NCBI RefSeq assembly: GCF_009914755.1
Contig: NC_060935.1
Strand: one strand, 5' to 3'
Source of the DNA: the human T2T-CHM13v2.0 reference genome, Homo sapiens
DNA: 64,000 nt
Part shown: one piece after another, positions 59,130-64,000 of the stretch
How positions within the stretch are numbered: position 1 is the stretch's first letter
Layout of the letters: each line of letters opens with the position of its first letter
Position numbers and translations under genes: made by a program
Notes under the pieces: generated by a model
Told to the model about the DNA's origin: nothing
What the model saw: only the letters and a program-made list of their open reading frames with translations
Database searches by the model: none

Positions 59130-60530
59130 CTGGAAGAAATACCATAGATAGAAAGATGACCCCTTAGAATAGTAAAAAATTCAGGCTTTTTATCCATCCC
59201 TATGTTAAATTTTTGGAAAGAAGAAAAAAAGAGAGAGAATGATATAATAAGTAAATACTTATTTTTGTATTTTCTAGTATTTTTCAAATGATTAAATGAA
59301 AATGTGATGTTGTAGACCAGGTACCATGAGAACAAGGTAAATAGGTAGGATGCTGTGTTCTGGAAATCTCAATTTATATAGCTCTGGAGAGTGTTTTCTG
59401 ATTGAGGTTTCCTGTGTGTTCTCTGATTCTCCCTAGAACTTCGATATAGGTCAATTGAAGACGGTGGGGGGACTCTCAGAGTCCCGATGCTGAAAAACAT
59501 GAGAACCTATTCCTAATATGACTCAGTTTTCTTATGCTAAGTCAGATATAGACTCCTTTTTATTTTCTCATGGGTTGCCTTGGACTTTTTCAATTGTTAG
59601 GTATGTCCACATGGAATAATCTTCGAAACTAAGAATTACACACATCTGAATTGCTTTTCATAGCCGCACACAATTGAGTTTAATTTACCATGAGTTTTTT
59701 TTTTGTATGTACAGCATGACCCTTGTTATGTTACAAATTTTCAAAATGAATAGAAGAAACTGGACAGGAAATACACAATGAGTTCACAGTGGATACCTGT
59801 GGACCTGAGGATGATGGTGATTTTTGTTTTCCTCTATTAACTTTTTCTTTTACATTTTTAAGTTTACAACAATGCAAATATGTATTTGTAAATATCAAAA
59901 CAACTTAATTTTCTAAAAAGTGGACTAGATGCTGTAGTTATTGGCAGAGCCAAAATCAGAGTGAGGAAGGACATGGTGACCGTGAGCCCTGAATATAAGC
60001 TGCCCAATAGCATTGCCAGAGCTGCACGTCAACCTAGGGTTTAAAATATGCACCATGAGCTTTTCAAAAGCAATCACTCTGTCTTGTTCCTAGGTTTACT
60101 TCTATTGTTTAGTGGAATGCTTGACAAAGGAAGGTATTAATAAATATCTCTGGAATTAAAATTCAGTTGTTTTATTTAACAAATACTTTTTGAGTGTCTC
60201 CATAATGGGCACTGTGAAAGGCGCTAAAGGTAAAAACAGGAAAATAGTACAATTTCTGCTCTCAAGCAGCTTATAACTGAACATGGAGAAAGACATATAT
60301 ATTAATAATATATGTGACACAGAATGGAATAAATGCTTCAATAATGGTAAATTACAGGAAAGAGTAGAAAATACACATCTATTAGTCTATATTAGAAAGT
60401 ATTTCCCAAAGAAAAATTGAGATATGGCTTAAATAATGGATTAAATTTGGGTGTAAAATGTGAAGAGTATTTATTTATCTTTTATTTTTCTTTTTCTATT
60501 GCTAGGTAACTGATTTGCTAACTGATTTGC

Positions 60531-60852
60531 TTTTTTTTTTTTTTTTTTTTTGAGACGGAGTCTCCTGTCACCAGACTGGAGTGCAGTGGCAGGATCTCAG
60601 CTCACTGGCTCACTGCAACCTCCGCCTCCCGGGTTCAAGCAATTCTCCTGCCTCAGCCTCCCGAGTAGCTGGGGTACAGGAGCACACTGCCATGCCCAGC
60701 TATTTTTTTTTTTTTTTTTTTTTTTGTATTTTAGTAGAGATGGGGTTTCACCATGTTGCCCAGGCTGGTCTCAAACTCCTAAGCTCAGGCCATCTGCCTG
60801 ACTCGGACTCCCAAAGTGCTAGGATTACAGGCATGAGCCACCATGCCCAGCC
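60531..60852 (-). mobile_element. AluS with an expanded middle A-tract
   Basis: Antisense dimer, long T run at about 60703-60725, TSD CTGATTTGC. Confidence 0.95.
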
Positions 60853-61170
60853 CTGATTTGCATTTTTATAAGTCCAAATACTACTTTATCTTCTGCTTTG
60901 TTAATTAAGTTAAAAATATAAGTGAAAATATGAGACTTAGACTAGGTAGATGAGAATTTAAAAGTCTGATTAAGGAATGTCTACTGCCTCAGATATGATT
61001 GTACATGAGCATAAAATTCCCTTTGAACTCTAGTTAGCCTCTCTCTTATATAGCATTCTCAAGTTGAACTCTCACCCATCGTATCTCTATCTCCTTGGCA
61101 TATTGCTATCCTGTGCTGTGAAAAGATAGGCACTTCAAAAGAAAGCACATTTGTTAAGCATCAGTTGCAC

Positions 61171-61423
61171 CTTAATGGGCCACGGTATTTGAATGATACT
61201 CTGCAATGACATTATAAATCTTTTCTTTAGACTGTTGGGGGAATATGCTACACCTCACTGAAAATCTGTGATGTGACTTTGATACTAATAATTCTTTCTT
61301 AGAAGAATCAATTGAATAGAGAGATATATTTTGAGAACAAATAATCCAGAATGAAAGCAAAAATAGAATAATGTAATGGGCTCAATATTGGAGTAAACAT
61401 AATCTGTTGCGGAAAAGTTATGA
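61171..61423 (-). pseudogene. Candidate decayed exon
   Basis: Very strong polypyrimidine acceptor TCTTTCTCCCCTTCCCTCTTTCCATCTCTCTAAG, weak donor AAG|GTGC. Overlaps ORF 61172-61360 (LLSFWII...). Confidence 0.4.
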
Positions 61424-62069
61424 CTTAGAGAGATGGAAAGAGGGAAGGGGAGAAAGAATGAGCATTAATATGAACACATGAATCACAAATGCTGTGTTAT
61501 TTTTCTGTCTTCTTTATTAGATGCTCACATCATTCCATCTTCAATCAAGTGAATAGCAGGTGGCATTTTTATGTGGCTGAAAGAGAAGACTAAATCAGCC
61601 AAGTGAGTAATAGCTAGCTGTAAGCCTGGCCAGTTTTACTCAGCTATGAAAACACTGTGACTGCATAACTGGGTTTAAATATGATGCACTCACCCCATTT
61701 TTCTCTCAGTTGTACTATACAAGGTACCAATGTTAGCAAGTGCACCAGGACTGGCAGAAGAGATGATTCAAAAAGGGACAGTGTAAGACTGTAAATTTAA
61801 GGGTACATAAAAGAAGCACTAACATTCTTCTATCACCTGATGCTTGTTTATGATGGTACACACTCTTGAAATGCATACGTGACATTAGGCATTTAAAAGG
61901 AAAGTGTTATGAAAATAGAAATTGAATAACTAAAATTTCTAATGAGATATTAGTGATTAGTAGAAAATGTTTTATAAAATAAGTAATTGCTTATAGGATG
62001 CAGAAAGGGAAGATAAAAGAGCTTGGAATGTCTGAAGGAGGGAAAAGTACTTGATTTTTTTTTCTTTTG

Positions 62070-64000
62070 ATTTGTATTCATTTATTCAACACATTAATTT
62101 AGCATCTACTGATTACCAGGCACTAAACCAGGCACTGGAGATTCAGCAGCGAACAACAGATTCAAAATTCTGTACTCAAAGAAATTTACATTCTGGTGAA
62201 GTCTTTGGGGAGAGGAAAGAAAGAGGATTCAAGAAGATATTTTAAAAAGTAATTAAAATATAAAACATGTTAGATGAGTCAAAGCACTATGGAGAAAAAC
62301 AGTGGGGGGAAAGGAAAGGTAATAATGGAGAGAGGCCTGAAATTTAAATTACGGTGTTTGGGGTAGCTTCACTGAAAAGGGGACATTTGAGCAAAAACCA
62401 AGAGTAGGCAAGAGAATGAGCCATGTGGACATCTATGAAAATCGCATTTTAGGCATAGGGAGAAACATATGCAAAGCCCTGAGGCAAAAATGGGCTTGAT
62501 GTATTTGAGGAGCAGTAGGGACGGTGTGGCTGGAGCAGTGAACAGTAGGGAGGGGAGTAAGAAATGAGATCAGAGAACCAAGGGGAAGGGATACACTTCC
62601 TAGGACTGTGTGGGCTGCTGTAAGGAATTTGCTTTTATTTTGCATGACACACGAAGGTATACTTCTGTGTTGAAGACGGATTGTAGGGGACAAGAACAGG
62701 AGCAGGGAGAAAAGTCAGGAAGTTGTTGATTAATCCAGATGAGAGACAATGGTAGAAGTGGAGACCTGTGGTCAGATCCTGGATGTGTTTGGAACAGGGA
62801 TGTGGATGAATTAGATATGGCATATAAGAGAAAAATTATACTTTTAAAAAACAACTATTGGAATGATGGTGTTGCCATTTACCTAGAAAGGGAAAAATAT
62901 AGTAGAAGAAAGTTTTGATAGGGAGATCAAGACTACAATTTTGAACGTGTGAGTTTGAGAAGCCTACTGGACCCACAAATGGGACATCAACATTATTTTT
63001 ACTTGTACATTTTTATATATAAATGTGGAGATCAGAAAGAACTCTGACCTGAATGTTACCATCAGATGCTATTCAAAACTGTAATATTGGGTAAGATTGA
63101 CAAGGGAATAAGTATAGAAAGAGAAGAGAAATCATACAAGTGCTGAGACCTGAAGCATCTTATATTAAAAGTTGAGGAAAGTGAGAAAGAACAAGCAAGA
63201 GTCTGATTGGAAGGAGCCAGTAAGGTAGGAAAATAATCAGGAGAGTGTAGAATTAGGAAGCTGAGAGGAGAGAGTTTTGTCTTATTTTCTCTCCCATGGA
63301 AAGGAATAGTCAGTGGTGTACAATGCCACTAATAAGTCAAATGAAATGAAGATAGATTTAACCATTGGAATAAGCAGATCATAAATTATTTTCTACCTTG
63401 AATAAGAGTTACAGTGGAGTAGTAGAAGGAAAATGAGTGGGTTGGAGAAAAAACAAGAGGTGCTAAGTTGGAAGAAAATAAGTATAAATAAATCTTTCAA
63501 AGGATTTTGTCGTATGAAGTCACAAAAATATAGAGTTAGCTGGAGGAGAAATGGAATCGAAAGAGAGGATTTTTTTTTTTCAATGAGGTGAGAGAAGCAG
63601 AAATTACAATGTGCTGTGTGAAGATGGAACTGATGATGTAGGAGAATGAGGAAAAAGTGTGTGGGCAGTGTCCTTAAATAGGGGAGAAGAAATGGGATGG
63701 AACTGAAAAGTGAAAGTAGTGGTCTTACTTGGTGTCTGGATCATTTACAAAAGCATGGGGCAAGCTGGTGGGAAGGCAGATTATGTGGGCACGAGTGTAA
63801 AGAAGGTTAGGTAGATGTGGTGTTAAGACTGGGTAGAAGTGAAATTGAAAATAAAATCAGTAGAGTGACTATGAGGAGAAGATTTTGGAGATATATGAAG
63901 AAAGAGTATGAAATATGGTAATTGTCTGGGAGAGTAGCTTAGAGAAATGTAGCACAATTGCTTGACAGCAATATAATGCAGGCATGTGTCACTTAACAGT
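62070..64000 (-). mobile_element. Long L2(a) element
   Basis: TTCATTTATTCAACAC 3' end, then CCAGGCACTGGAGAT, TGCAAAGCCCTGAGGC and GTGGCTGGAGCAGTG. Confidence 0.85.

Overview
This is human-type (primate) genomic DNA: AT-rich, with more than half made of interspersed repeats. It contains no intact protein-coding gene, RNA gene or prokaryotic system. Most long ORFs in the track come from LINE-1 ORF2, THE1 or Alu sequence. The repeats include young L1PA/L1HS-type insertions with target-site duplications (TSDs), three of them twin-priming 5' inversions and one carrying a clear 3' transduction. There is also a full THE1A provirus, five Alus, MER1B, MER53, Charlie1, and old L1M, L2, MIR and MLT relics. 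The main hidden signal lies in the unique DNA between repeats: a chain of minus-strand exon-like segments from about 61.4 kb down to 3.5 kb. Many keep strong canonical splice sites and join in compatible phase, but they carry scattered stop codons. Three consecutive segments (19355-19182, 17847-17680, 15039-14753) translate to an RGS-domain-like helical pattern. My reading is a large decayed (unitary) pseudogene of a multi-RGS protein, RGS22/RGSL1-like in style, possibly surviving as a spliced lncRNA. That identity is inferred from pattern recognition, not from a database match. Repeat subfamily calls come from remembered consensus features and need RepeatMasker confirmation.
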